Shown one piece after another: positions 1 to 10,928 of a DNA stretch of 64,000 nucleotides. The stretch's first letter is position 1. Every line of letters begins with the position of its first letter. Below the pieces are notes generated by a model. The model searched no databases. It saw nothing but the letters and a program-made list of their open reading frames with translations, and was not told the origin of the DNA. The translations under genes and the position numbers were made by a program. The stretch spans positions 248,001 through 312,000 of IMG/VR virus record IMGVR_UViG_3300044712_002668; one strand, written 5' to 3'.

Positions 1-152
1 TTGGAGGTGGTGCTGAACAATGGTTGCCTATGCGGGGTGCAGGTTTTGCTGGGGGTGCGGGTTTTAATGCTCCTCAAAATTGTGTTCAGAATGATGGGGC
101 CGGGGGTAGTTATGGAGCTGGCAGTGGGGATGGTCGTGGACTTGAAGAATGA
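1..152 (+). CDS. Partial Gly-rich small protein (3' end of an MKVxILxKEDW family member)
   Basis: Frame from nt 3 reads GGGAEQW...GAGSGDGRGLEE*; its TGA overlaps the next ATG (ATGA). Confidence 0.7.
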   Translation, partial: GGGAEQWLPMRGAGFAGGAGFNAPQNCVQNDGAGGSYGAGSGDGRGLEE

Positions 153-367
153 AAGTAATAATCCTGAATAAAGAGCATTGGCAGATGCCAGAGAATAAAA
201 GTTATTTTCAAAGCGGTCACGGGACTGGAACTGGAATTGGTTTGGGTTTGGGATATGGATCTGGTGGTTTTGGAGTTGATAATGAGATGGGTAGTGGTAG
301 TGGTCTTGCTGATGGTGGTGGTAATGGGATGGGTGTTGGAAATGGCGGCGAGATACATGAAGAATGA
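149..367 (+). CDS. Gly-rich small protein, MKVxILxKEDW family
   Basis: MKVIILNKEHW followed by GxG-rich body. Confidence 0.85.
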   Translation: MKVIILNKEHWQMPENKSYFQSGHGTGTGIGLGLGYGSGGFGVDNEMGSGSGLADGGGNGMGVGNGGEIHEE

Positions 368-603
368 AAGTATTGATTCTTAAAAAAGATGATTGGATGA
401 TACCGGAATCTTATTGTCATTATACAAAGGGAAATGGTGATACTGAGACTGGTGGCTGGGGAGATGGTTCTGGTAATGGGATCGGAGATTTGGGAGGAAT
501 AAATCGTCATGGTTTTGTAAATGGTGAAGGTCAGGCGAGTGGTATGGCAAATGGAGATGGCCAAGGTTGGGGCGATGGATGTTCAGAACTCCTAATGATA
601 TGA
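364..603 (+). CDS. Gly-rich small protein, MKVxILxKEDW family
   Basis: MKVLILKKDDW; GDGQGWG near the C-terminus. Confidence 0.85.
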   Translation: MKVLILKKDDWMIPESYCHYTKGNGDTETGGWGDGSGNGIGDLGGINRHGFVNGEGQASGMANGDGQGWGDGCSELLMI

Positions 604-792
604 AAATAAAAAACATTCTAGATTTTCTCGTAACAACAATAATAAAATTGATTGGATTTGAGGACATCAGGGATGCCGAATTGTTTTTTGGTAAACCGAT
701 ATCAAATTGTTATAATGATGATTTGTCATTGACTGAAAATAAAAATATAATCGTAGAATTTATTAAGAAGAAAAACTTTGGTAGAAACTAAT

Positions 793-1038
793 ATGAAAGT
801 TATTATCCTGAATAAAGAGGATTGGCAGCTACCAGAAGAGAGAGGGCGTGCGCAAGGTTCTGGATTTGGAAGTGGTATAGATGGTTTTTATATTGCCAAT
901 GGTTCCGGTGTATCTTCCGAATTTATAACTGGCAGGGGTCAAGGTTGCGGCAATCACCATTTCAATAATGGTAGTCATGGAATGGGATTTGGAAATGCTA
1001 GGGGACATGGTGAAGGTAACGGACTAGGTTGGGAATAA
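793..1038 (+). CDS. Gly-rich small protein, MKVxILxKEDW family
   Basis: MKVIILNKEDW; start moved to ATG 793. Confidence 0.85.
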   Translation: MKVIILNKEDWQLPEERGRAQGSGFGSGIDGFYIANGSGVSSEFITGRGQGCGNHHFNNGSHGMGFGNARGHGEGNGLGWE

Positions 1039-1274
1039 TGAAAGTTATTATCCTGAATAAAGAGGATTGGATGATAGAAGATAGTGGTTTTGGTGGTGGT
1101 CACGGTGAAGGCTGGCCAAATGTAACTGGTAAAGGTTATGGCGATTATAAAACAGCACATAATTATGGCCGTGGAGCCGCCGATGGAATTGCCGATAATA
1201 TTGATACTCTAAATTATGGGGATGGAAATGCTATTGGTTGTGGTGATGGAGATGGTCAAGGTTTTGGAAATTGA
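1038..1274 (+). CDS. Gly-rich small protein, MKVxILxKEDW family
   Basis: MKVIILNKEDW; TAATG coupling to the previous gene. Confidence 0.85.
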   Translation: MKVIILNKEDWMIEDSGFGGGHGEGWPNVTGKGYGDYKTAHNYGRGAADGIADNIDTLNYGDGNAIGCGDGDGQGFGN

Positions 1275-1276
1275 TT

Positions 1277-1516
1277 ATGAAAGTAATGATTCTTAAGAAA
1301 GAAGATTGGATGATAAAGGAAGATAGAGGCTTTGGTGAAGGTGAAGGTTGTGGCGGGGTTCCTAGTTATCATCTTGCTTCTGTTGGATATGGAGAAAGTT
1401 CTTCTTTTCGGAAGGGGGATGGAAACGGTCTGGGGGAAGGTCAAGATGCATGCAACGGACGCGGCTTCTGTCACTATGGTTGTGGAGATGGCTCCGGTTG
1501 TGGATATGGAAAATGA
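1277..1516 (+). CDS. Gly-rich small protein, MKVxILxKEDW family
   Basis: MKVMILKKEDW. Confidence 0.85.
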   Translation: MKVMILKKEDWMIKEDRGFGEGEGCGGVPSYHLASVGYGESSSFRKGDGNGLGEGQDACNGRGFCHYGCGDGSGCGYGK

Positions 1517-1749
1517 AAGTAATTATTTTAGATAAAGAAGATTGGTTAAAGAAAGAATGTAGTTTTGGATGTGGTTATTGCGCTCAATATGGTATAGCCG
1601 AAGGTAGTGGTGTTTATTCTGGTAATTGCCTTGATTCTGGTATTACTCAAGATGGATCTGGAGAAGCTGATGGTTCCAGCTGTGGTGAAATGTTTTCTTG
1701 TTTAGGAAGAGGGTATTGTACAGGATCTGGTGGTGTATATTTGAGGTGA
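1513..1749 (+). CDS. Gly/Cys-rich small protein, MKVxILxKEDW family
   Basis: MKVIILDKEDW; ATGA coupling. Confidence 0.85.
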   Translation: MKVIILDKEDWLKKECSFGCGYCAQYGIAEGSGVYSGNCLDSGITQDGSGEADGSSCGEMFSCLGRGYCTGSGGVYLR

Positions 1750-1762
1750 TTGGTATTGAATA

Positions 1763-1996
1763 ATGAAAGTGCTAATCCTAAACAAAGAACAATGGTTATG
1801 GGAACAGCTTGGAGCTGGTTCAGGTAGTGGTGCTAATTATGATAGATATGCAACTGAAGGATATGGCTCTACATGTGATATAACTTATGGTTTTGGTTAT
1901 GGAAGAGCTGATGGTAGTGGAGATTGTAAATATGGAACAAGTACTGGGAGCGGGTATATTTTAGGTTCTGGTGATGGTCGTGGTAGCGGTGAATGA
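1763..1996 (+). CDS. Gly-rich small protein, MKVxILxKEDW family
   Basis: MKVLILNKEQW. Confidence 0.85.
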   Translation: MKVLILNKEQWLWEQLGAGSGSGANYDRYATEGYGSTCDITYGFGYGRADGSGDCKYGTSTGSGYILGSGDGRGSGE

Positions 1997-2003
1997 TTCT
2001 AAA

Positions 2004-2228
2004 ATGAAAGTAATTGTTTTAGATAAAAAATGTTGGATGATACCAGAAACAGGATGGGGTTCCGGACAAGCTACCGGTAATGCTGGGTATCATATTTCAG
2101 TGGTGAATGGTTGTGGTAGCACCATGGATGTTGTTTTTGGTAATGGTTGTGGCGGTAGTGGAATGAGTAAAAAATTCGGATCTGGTTTGTGTAGAGGTGA
2201 AGGTACTGGTAATGGAAACGGCTACTAA
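2004..2228 (+). CDS. Gly-rich small protein, MKVxILxKEDW family
   Basis: MKVIVLDKKCW. Confidence 0.8.
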   Translation: MKVIVLDKKCWMIPETGWGSGQATGNAGYHISVVNGCGSTMDVVFGNGCGGSGMSKKFGSGLCRGEGTGNGNGY

Positions 2229-2247
2229 TAACAAGGAAAGATACACC

Positions 2248-3078
2248 ATGAAAAAGAAGAACATCTCCAATTCAGAGATTGATCTTTCCATTTCGGTTCT
2301 TGAAGCTCTAGGATATGAACAAGAACTTTCCATTCTAAATTCTGTTCCTCCCGCAAAGAAAGTAAACATCATCCGGGCAATTGGAGAAATCAATAAGAAT
2401 CTGAATATTGTTTCCGGAAAGGTTGTTTGTGAAAGTTATCCCAAGTTGAAGCCTCCCATTGCTGCCAAGGTGATTCTCGGCATTCCAGTTGGTGAAGGGC
2501 TCACTCACAGGGAGCGTCATGAATGGTTGTCAGAAGGCGCTGAGCTTGAGCCTATCAAGTGGTTGCTCAGGGGTACCGGATTGGAAGCCCGGACATTGAG
2601 TGTGGCTCGTTGGCTTCTGAAGGTATTGAATAACGAGGAGCAGAAGGCTGCTTTGTATAAGACCCGGCGTGAGGGAAGGCTTGCGGATCATACGATTGAT
2701 TTGATGCCGAGTGATTGTGAGGGAGGAGTTAATGAAGCGATTGCCAGGCGAGAGGATCGAATGGCAGTCAATGAGTTTGGAGCTGAGAAGCTTTGTGAGC
2801 ATCCTCCTTGGATCAAGCGATTGGGAGGCCGGGTAACGGTGCTTGATACGGCGGTTGCTTTGGAGCGTGAGGGTCGGGAGATGAGCCATTGCGTGGGAGG
2901 TTATGCAAGCAATGTTAAGAACGGGACTAGCATTATTGTTTCCATCAAGGCATGGGGACATCGTGCAACGGTTGAGTATAATCGTTCTCGTAAGATTGTT
3001 CAGATGAAGAGCAAGGCCAACTCGGACCCGTCGAAGTTGTGCAAGCTGCTTGCAAAGTTGGCGGTGGGAGATGGCTAG
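2248..3078 (+). CDS. PcfJ-domain protein
   Basis: C-terminal LEREGREMSHCVGGY...ATVEY...IVQ motif; AAGGAA RBS before ATG 2248. Confidence 0.7.
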   Translation: MKKKNISNSEIDLSISVLEALGYEQELSILNSVPPAKKVNIIRAIGEINKNLNIVSGKVVCESYPKLKPPIAAKVILGIPVGEGLTHRERHEWLSEGAELEPIKWLLRGTGLEARTLSVARWLLKVLNNEEQKAALYKTRREGRLADHTIDLMPSDCEGGVNEAIARREDRMAVNEFGAEKLCEHPPWIKRLGGRVTVLDTAVALEREGREMSHCVGGYASNVKNGTSIIVSIKAWGHRATVEYNRSRKIVQMKSKANSDPSKLCKLLAKLAVGDG

Positions 3079-3230
3079 AAGATTGGATGAGGGAGAGGAG
3101 GGGTATTGTTCACACGAGTATCTTCCTGAGGAGGATGGTACTGTATATCGTTGTGAAAGAAGTTATAAAGATTTTATTTTGTTTGAGTTGGATGGTCATG
3201 TTTATTGTGAACAACATCTACCTGAGGATG

Positions 3231-3452
3231 ATGAAGGTATTGATTCTTAAGAAAGAGGATTGGATGAAGCCGGAGACTGGTATGACTGGTAGAGGATCAA
3301 GTCAAGACAACGGTTACGGCGCTGGTTTTGGATACGGCACAGATCATGGATACGTTTATCGTGACGGCAAGAATGGTAGTTGTTATGGCCATGGTTATGC
3401 AGATGGTTTTGCTGGAAATGGTATTGGTTATGGTGGTGGTAATGGGAGCTGA
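3231..3452 (+). CDS. Gly-rich small protein, MKVxILxKEDW family
   Basis: MKVLILKKEDW; GYADG. Confidence 0.8.
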   Translation: MKVLILKKEDWMKPETGMTGRGSSQDNGYGAGFGYGTDHGYVYRDGKNGSCYGHGYADGFAGNGIGYGGGNGS

Positions 3453-3560
3453 CAGGTGATAAGGGTATTGGGCAAGGCGATGAGATAGACCATATCGAAT
3501 TTGAAGATGAATGGCAACCTCAAGTTGAAGATAATGAATGGCAGCGACTGCAAGACGAAT

Positions 3561-4070
3561 ATGAACGATAACATCACTCCCAGAGTTTATGTAGGAACCT
3601 ACGCCAAGTACAACTCCGGTAACCTTGACGGAAAATGGTTCGATCCTTCCTTGTTCGATTCCAAGGAGGATTTTCTAGAGGCCGTCCAGAATTATCACGG
3701 TCCCGGTGAACATGAATTCATGTTCCAAGATTGGGAAGGCATCCCAGCCAGGTTCATCTCAGAAAGTTATATCAATGAAGATCTCTGGGGTTATCTGGAT
3801 CAGGATGAGGAAACTCAAAAGATCCTGCTTGGATGGCTTCAGTATGAATTGAACGGCACCCTGGAAGCTGCCCAGGATAAGTTCATTGGTGTTTATGATT
3901 CTCCCAATGATTATGCTTATGAATACATTGAGAGTATGATGGATAAAAAGCAATTCGAAATCGTTCAGAATTATCTGGACCTTGATGCTATCGTCAGGGA
4001 TCTTGAATGTGGTTCTATTTATTTTGCACTTATTGATGGTCAAACTTACGTATATGATACAGCGCTATGA
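3561..4070 (+). CDS. ardA: Antirestriction protein ArdA (DNA mimic)
   Basis: PRVYVGTYAKYNSGNLDGKW and FMFQDWEGIP motifs; acidic protein. Confidence 0.9.
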   Translation: MNDNITPRVYVGTYAKYNSGNLDGKWFDPSLFDSKEDFLEAVQNYHGPGEHEFMFQDWEGIPARFISESYINEDLWGYLDQDEETQKILLGWLQYELNGTLEAAQDKFIGVYDSPNDYAYEYIESMMDKKQFEIVQNYLDLDAIVRDLECGSIYFALIDGQTYVYDTAL

Positions 4071-4901
4071 AAACTATCTGTGAAATCCTCCAGGGTATCT
4101 GTCTATATGGTTTTGGAATCCCGGTTGGCTCCCGAGGTCATAATGGTCCTGGGTTCTATCGTGAACAACTTCTGATTGGCGAAGTTGTTATCTACGATAA
4201 AACTACAAGATATGTTTGAAAAAGGCTTTCTAGATTCTAATGATAATATTCCTTTTGATGATACAACGTTGAAAAAGCGTTGTATTCATTGCAATTATGA
4301 AAGATACATTCAAGATGAATATTGTATGGGATGCGGAAACAATTGGGAAGTTAGTTATGATGAGCAACCTGAGAGCATCATCGCAGAGGAAGAGCCATGA
4401 AAACCACTACGGTACAGTATGTTAGTTTTTCTGCCGAAGAGATTCGTAATATTGTAATGGGTTATATTGTTGCTGAACGTAAGGAATTGATTATCGATGC
4501 TATCAAGACTATTTGCGGTGGGAATGTATCGGCGGTTGTTGTTGCTCCTGATGGGGTTGTTACGGTAAAGTTGAACGAAATCAATACCAGCGGGTTTGCT
4601 ATTGCTGTTACCGATTCTGCTATTGCAGATGCGGCTATTGATGCTGCCATGGGACATGAAACCAAAGTGGAGCTTCAAAGGAAGGTGGGATGAAATTAAC
4701 AAAGCAAGGTGTTAGAGATTTGGATCCTCCAAATAAAAAGCGGAATGATAAAGTAATTATTCCGAAAAATTGTTCTCATAAGAGAATGAGATATTGTTGT
4801 TATCCTAAGAAATGCGGACATCTTGTATGTCCTGATTGTGGATTGGCATATGATGAAATGGCTGACAATCCATGCTTTGATGTTGATATTGATATGAAAG
4901 G

Positions 4902-5402
4902 ATGATACAAGATATGACAAACGAAAAAGGAATGACCAGAGAATCTTATCGTTTGAGTTTGATTAAGTTGGAGGAACCTTCTCCTGAATGGGTGAAGGGT
5001 TGCATTGAGAGAGGGTTTACTCTTGAAAAGCCTCATGAAGATGAAAGACATGAAATTCTTAAAAAGAAACTTCTTTCATATAAGGGATGGGCAGTATGTA
5101 TTTACAATGAGGAGGATTTGGAAAAGCTATTGAGTGATAGGTCGAAACTATATTTCGCTGCCCATTTGAGAATGAAGGCAGGGCTTCCTTCTCAATGTCA
5201 TTTCAATACATGTAGGAACCATGAAGATTATGGATATAAGATTTGTACTGGGTATGCATTGACCAGGGATGGAATGTGGAGACAACATTCCTGGGGTTTG
5301 GATGGTAGGAATATTATTGAGACTACTACTCGTAGAATTCTTTATTACGGTTTTGAAATGACTGATACGGAAACTAAAGAATTTTGCTATGATAACATCT
5401 AA
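4902..5402 (+). CDS. Hypothetical protein, possible Cys-His (transglutaminase-like) fold
   Basis: SQCHFN...TGYALTRDGMWRQHSW...IIETT. Confidence 0.35.
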   Translation: MIQDMTNEKGMTRESYRLSLIKLEEPSPEWVKGCIERGFTLEKPHEDERHEILKKKLLSYKGWAVCIYNEEDLEKLLSDRSKLYFAAHLRMKAGLPSQCHFNTCRNHEDYGYKICTGYALTRDGMWRQHSWGLDGRNIIETTTRRILYYGFEMTDTETKEFCYDNI

Positions 5403-7705
5403 ATATGATCATCAAACTGGAAACAGAGTTGGAAGATATTGCCGCCCAGGAATTAGCGGATTTGATTTTGACAGCTCGCGAAAAGTATAATCGTAATCTT
5501 GTTCGTAGAATCCGTAGACTCTGGGATAATGAATCTTGGAATTCAATTCTTAAAAAGATTGATACCGAAGGTTCCACTTGGTATGTTTGGTGGATGGATG
5601 GTGTGCGAAAGTTTATTCGCACCAATAAACTAAAGATTGTGGAGAGGTAAGCATGGATAACAATCTAATAGATTTGTTGGAGAGAGCTGATGAACTTGGA
5701 AAGCTTCTAACAGCACAGTATGAGAAACAGTATAAGAAAACTTTTGGTAAGAATATAAACAAAGGGTTTACAATCAATATATCTTTTATTAATAGTGGTG
5801 ATAAGAGGTTCTGGTCTTCAATAGAAGGTTTGCGTGGTGAATCTTTGGAATCACAGATGGCATCCACTCCAGAGAAAGCTGTTGAGTTTTTGATTCAGGA
5901 TCTTGAACTTGTACTGTTTGGACGTAAACAATGAAAGACGTATCTCAATTCTATCTTGAGGAGAAACGCAAGATAGAGAGTTTATCATCGTTTGAAGAAG
6001 TCAAGAATTGTTTTGAAGAATTCAATAAGGCAATCCTGAATCATCCTTATAAGCAGGGACATACTGTTGATATGGATGAATATAATCATTATCTTGATTT
6101 GGTAGCACTTGTTGATGGTCCGCTGCAGGATCGGTACTGGTGGTTCTATCCCCAATCAAAACAATGAATAACCCTCTCAATGTAGGTTTGCCAAAATGGC
6201 CCGGTATTATTGTTGTAGGGAAAAGTGTTACTTCTGATCAAGCAGCAGAGATAATTATAAGGACTAACGCTTGGTATTACGGATGCAATGATAAGAAGTG
6301 GGAGAAGATAGTAGATAAGGTTACTGGATTGAAGAGTTTTTCAAGTACACATGATCTTCCTAAAGATCAGCTAAATAAGGCATTGGCTTTGATTGAGAAG
6401 CTCAGAGATGATTTTGATAATTCAATTCATCATATTGACCTTGAATATCTTTATACAGCATGGGTGATGTCAGCCTATATTGGCGGACCTCATGGCTGGA
6501 TTAATTGGGATGGCTCCATTGCTTATGGAGGTCATAATATTGGTAAGTATCCTTCTGCAGAAACCGTCTTCAATGAATGGAAGCTGATTGCAGAAGCTTT
6601 TCCGTTTCTGGATCTTCGTTGTCAGCTTATGAATGCAGAAGCTTGTGAAGATGGTGTTCCTGTTATTGAGTATGTAATCAATAACGGTACTGTTACCGCA
6701 AAGGAACCTACCGAGATAATCAATTGTTATACCAGGAAAAGTTTGGAGGAAGAAATGTTTATGTTGCATCGTAGTGGCAGGGAGAGGGGATGTGATGAGG
6801 ATACACTTCGAAGGTCTTTGCTTCTGGTCTGGAAGAAGTTTGACTCTGTTCCTGAATGGGTTTCAAATGATTCTGGTTGGAAACGTTTTGGGATTGAATC
6901 CGTGATCAAGAGGGTAAATGCCAACACGTAAATTCCACAGGATTCATTTCAAACCTGCCAAGGCCAAGCCCAGGTTTTATTGGAACTATAGATTGATATG
7001 GAATGAGGAACATAAATGTTTTGCTACACATGAAGTTTATTATACAGATGATAAAATCAATAGTTGGACTGAAAGAGATGTAGGGATTCTTTGTAAGGAT
7101 ATTGAAGAGTTCAAAGAGATTATGAAAGAGATTGCACTAAGCCCGCTTTTGATGATCAAGAACGTGGATGGCAAGGAAGTGCTGGTGCCCTATGAGTAAC
7201 GCATATAAGCAGGAATGGCAGATTTGTGGAATTGCTGAAGCCGGTGTGTATGCCACTACCGTTCCTGTAAAGTGGGGAAGTTCAACCTCGATTGGTTCGG
7301 TTACTACTTATGTTCCGATGTTGAAGGCTGAGGTTGGTAATCTTATTGAAGGTGGGGTTGTTGTTGATAAACGAACGGTCAAGATTGATAACTTGATTCA
7401 TTATGTTGTATCGGGGCCGATGCTTGACACGCAATTGCCCCCAGGAACTGCCAAGGACTGGGACAAGGTGAAACCCTGTGAGGATGCCAAAAACCTCAAG
7501 AGCTTCGATTATGTGTCATTGGACCTGTATCTGAAGCTATGGAGGGAATTGGGGGCAAGGATTGGACAGAGGAAGGGAGATCAGATTATCTGGGAGGATG
7601 GCCGGGTATGGAACATTCCTGATGAGGAGCACCGATACATTGATGAGAATGGCAAGCGTAGGAGTTCTCAGGATGAGTTGAGGGAGCTTGGAATGGCAAG
7701 TTGAA

Positions 7706-7906
7706 ATGAAAGTTTTGATTCTTAAAAAAGAAGATTGGATGAGAAAAGAATATGGACCTGGGGAGGGAGATGGTATGGGTTATGATGGAATTGGTATTGG
7801 TAAAGGAAAAGGTAGTAGTCAGAACTTTTGTATAAACTGTACTTATGAACTTAATATTAATGGTTTATTGACCTATGAAGGTCTGAATGATAGATATGCA
7901 CTATGA
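7706..7906 (+). CDS. Gly-rich family member with shortened Gly body
   Basis: MKVLILKKEDW; Gly-rich part about 25 aa, then an unrelated tail. Confidence 0.7.
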   Translation: MKVLILKKEDWMRKEYGPGEGDGMGYDGIGIGKGKGSSQNFCINCTYELNINGLLTYEGLNDRYAL

Positions 7907-8126
7907 GATATCTGAATGCAATCAGTTTTGCAGTAATTGTTTTGGTATGGCCGTTTGATGATAGAACTCCTGGTTGGTTTCAGAAGAACAAAATTGATAT
8001 TGGTATTATTATTGATTGGCCTATAAATACTTTTGATGTTGGCGAATGGCCGGTTCCTCCCCAGGATTTCGCTCCAACCCAGACTCCTTCTGTTCCGCCA
8101 GACATTGAAGAGTTCGATGATGTCCT

Positions 8127-9125
8127 ATGACTCAAACACAATCAATCAAGACTTCAAAGAAAACTCCTAAAAAGGAATTCTACTCTCCAGCATCTCCCAA
8201 GACATATAGAGCTGAGAAACCTGAGGTTTGGGCATCTGAACGAATCATGAATTTCATGATGGAGCGTTTGGAAGCATATAAGAAGAATCCTGATGGGAAG
8301 AAGATTGTATTGCCATGGCAGGCTACTTGGAGCCGTTCAACGATTCTTCCCCGCAGACATAAGACCAATAGAGTTTATCATGGTTTGAATTTGATGATGC
8401 TTTTGATGACGGGTTATGGTTCTCCATTTTATTTTTCGTATAAGGATATTTCGGAGCTTGGTGGTAAGGTTATCAAGGGACAGCATGGTTGGCCGGTGAG
8501 TTTCTGGTTTGAGGTCAAGAAGGAGCTTGCTGATGGTACCAAGGAAGGCACTGGATATTGGAAGTGTAGATATTTCAATATCTTCAATCTGGAGCAGACT
8601 GAGGGTATCGACCCTGCCAAGCTGCGTAAGATTGTAGTTGAAGAGGATAAGGATCATAATCCAATTGAGGAGTGTGAGGCTATTGTGGCTGGGTATGAGA
8701 ATCCTCCCAAGATTGTTTTCAAGGGACAGCAGCCATGTTACAGACCTCTGCTGGATCAGGTTGATATTCCGGCAATCAAGAAGTTCAAGACTCCTGAAGC
8801 CTACTATGCAACGTTGTTCCATGAGTTGGCTCACTCAACTGGTTCTGACAAGCGGCTGAATCGTGAGACTCTGGTGAAGGTTGCGGGTTTTGGAAGCCAT
8901 CTCTATTCCGAGGAGGAGTTGGTTGCCGAAGCTTGTGCCGCTATGCTCTGTCGTAAGGTTGGGATTGAGAATACTGTCATTGATAACTCTCTGGCTTATA
9001 TTGAAAACTGGATGAAGGCGCTTACCCCTGAGGTATTGGCAACATCCATCAAGGCAGCAGGTAAGGCGTATGAGCGGATAGTGGGAAACAGCGAGGCGGA
9101 GGAGAACAATGACGGAGAAGAATGA
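8127..9125 (+). CDS. ardC: ArdC-like ssDNA-binding / zincin antirestriction protein
   Basis: PWQ, YHGLN, GGKVIKG, FNLEQ, YYATLFHELAHSTG, YSEEELVAE. Confidence 0.85.
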   Translation: MTQTQSIKTSKKTPKKEFYSPASPKTYRAEKPEVWASERIMNFMMERLEAYKKNPDGKKIVLPWQATWSRSTILPRRHKTNRVYHGLNLMMLLMTGYGSPFYFSYKDISELGGKVIKGQHGWPVSFWFEVKKELADGTKEGTGYWKCRYFNIFNLEQTEGIDPAKLRKIVVEEDKDHNPIEECEAIVAGYENPPKIVFKGQQPCYRPLLDQVDIPAIKKFKTPEAYYATLFHELAHSTGSDKRLNRETLVKVAGFGSHLYSEEELVAEACAAMLCRKVGIENTVIDNSLAYIENWMKALTPEVLATSIKAAGKAYERIVGNSEAEENNDGEE

Positions 9126-10928
9126 TACCATATTGAATATGATTGAGACTGATTATAACAAGTTGATAGGGATTCAGCCAGGGGATCCTGTTCATAGTTA
9201 TAAGTTTATAGGAAGTATAAATGGTAATGAGTTTTCAATTCATCGTATGGAAAATGATCGTGCTTATATTTTGAGTAAGGAGTTGGAATGGCCGCTTTTT
9301 GATATTTCGGATCTGGCAACAGAGAGAACGCATTTGTATATTATAAGGAATCTTGTAAGAACCAAGCCTTATGAAAATGTTTTGATTTATGAATGTGAGC
9401 ATAAAAGGGATGTTTATATTCAAGGGATGAGTGAATGGGTATTGTTTGCGCATCATTTACCGTTGTTGACTGCGGTAAATCAGGAATATGTTATTACAGA
9501 TTTGAGTGATGCACGTTGCAATAATGTAGTTGAATATGGTTGCAACTGTAAAAATTGTGGTGAGTTTTATCCTTATACGGAGAAGAGGGCAGGGTTTGTG
9601 TGTAGGAGTTGTTTGAGTTACCGGGAGATGTATGAGTGAAAGGTGTAAATAATAATATGAGTCCAACCAAAATCCAGAATTCAATTTCGTTTGATGAGGC
9701 TATCAAGGCAATTGAGAACGCTGATTTTTGTTCTTTTGTTTGGAGTGGAACTGGTGGAGAGGTTTCTGGTTCGGTATCGGTTGAGAGGTATGAGTCTAAA
9801 AATGACAATTATGTTAATTGTGAGGTTGGAGATGGCGTTGAAAATTTTACTTTTTACCCTGAGCATAATCAACGCGTCATTGTTTGTTCCCCAAGTAAGA
9901 TAAGGTTGAATTATTGTGATGATGGTAGCCGGACTGTTTGGGTTACCCTGTATAATGAGTCCAAGGTTTTCTCTACCAAGCCAAAGACTGATAACGTAAA
10001 GTTGTTGGATTCCGATATTGAAAAGCTTGCTTCTTTGTGTAAGAAGGTTGATAATCTTTTTTCTCTCAAGGGTGATGATTATAGTTATCTTGTATTGATT
10101 CCGTTGGTTAATGGATGGTTCCAGTGTCACATTGGACTTACTGTAAACAATCCGGAGTTCGATAGGATTTGGGATGGTCGTTATTATGAGGGTAAAGATA
10201 TCAGTTCAGCCATTATTCATTTGGATGAAGTGGTTGATAGGTTTATCGAATACAAGGACAAGCGTAATACCTTTATCTCTATAATCAATAAGTATTTTGG
10301 TAATACACCTTCAACCGCTGATTATGCAAAGGCTCTTCTTGAAATCGAGGAGCTTATTAAGAACAAGGAGTAATATGGAACTAGATAAAATCTATATTAT
10401 TGTTTGTTCATACACACAATACGGAGATTATTCTCAATATAATTATGGTTGTTGTATTGGTAAGGATGCTCAAAATGAGGCTGAGTCTATAGCTAGTCAA
10501 TTGAAGGGTTATTATAACAGTGTAAAAGGTGTTAGCGTTACAGCTATTAGTGATGTTGATACTGAAAAGTATATTTATGAGAGTATGAGGACGGTTGATC
10601 CTAAATTTAGTAGTGGATCTGAAAATGTAACATATACGGTTGAGGAAGTTGATGTTCTTGATTATCCTTATATTCCTTTAAATGCTCCGCCAATCAAGGT
10701 TCCTGTAGTAATCAAGATTGGAAATAAGGAATATGTTGGGAGAACTTTGGACGAAGCTGTAGCCAAAGCAAGGGAATGAAAAAAGTGGACTCAAATAAGT
10801 ATTTTTATTATAAGCTCAGTTTGGTTGTTGGATTTGTTATCATTGCATTGGCATTGATATTTACCGGCAATGTTGGTAGTATAGCTTTTATTGGTGGCCC
10901 TTTCATTCTCGTAATGTTGTTTACGTAA

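Noticed and set aside
110-1535. Antisense and alternative-frame ORFs (Pro/Thr/Ile- or Val/Met-rich) over the Gly-rich genes
   Set aside because: Shadows of GGN-rich codons; the same applies to most long antisense ORFs in the track.
149-2228. Gly-rich array as a DGR or CRISPR-like repeat-spacer element
   Set aside because: No reverse transcriptase in the window; the conserved part varies at synonymous positions and the variable parts stay in frame and Gly-rich, so the constraint is at protein level.
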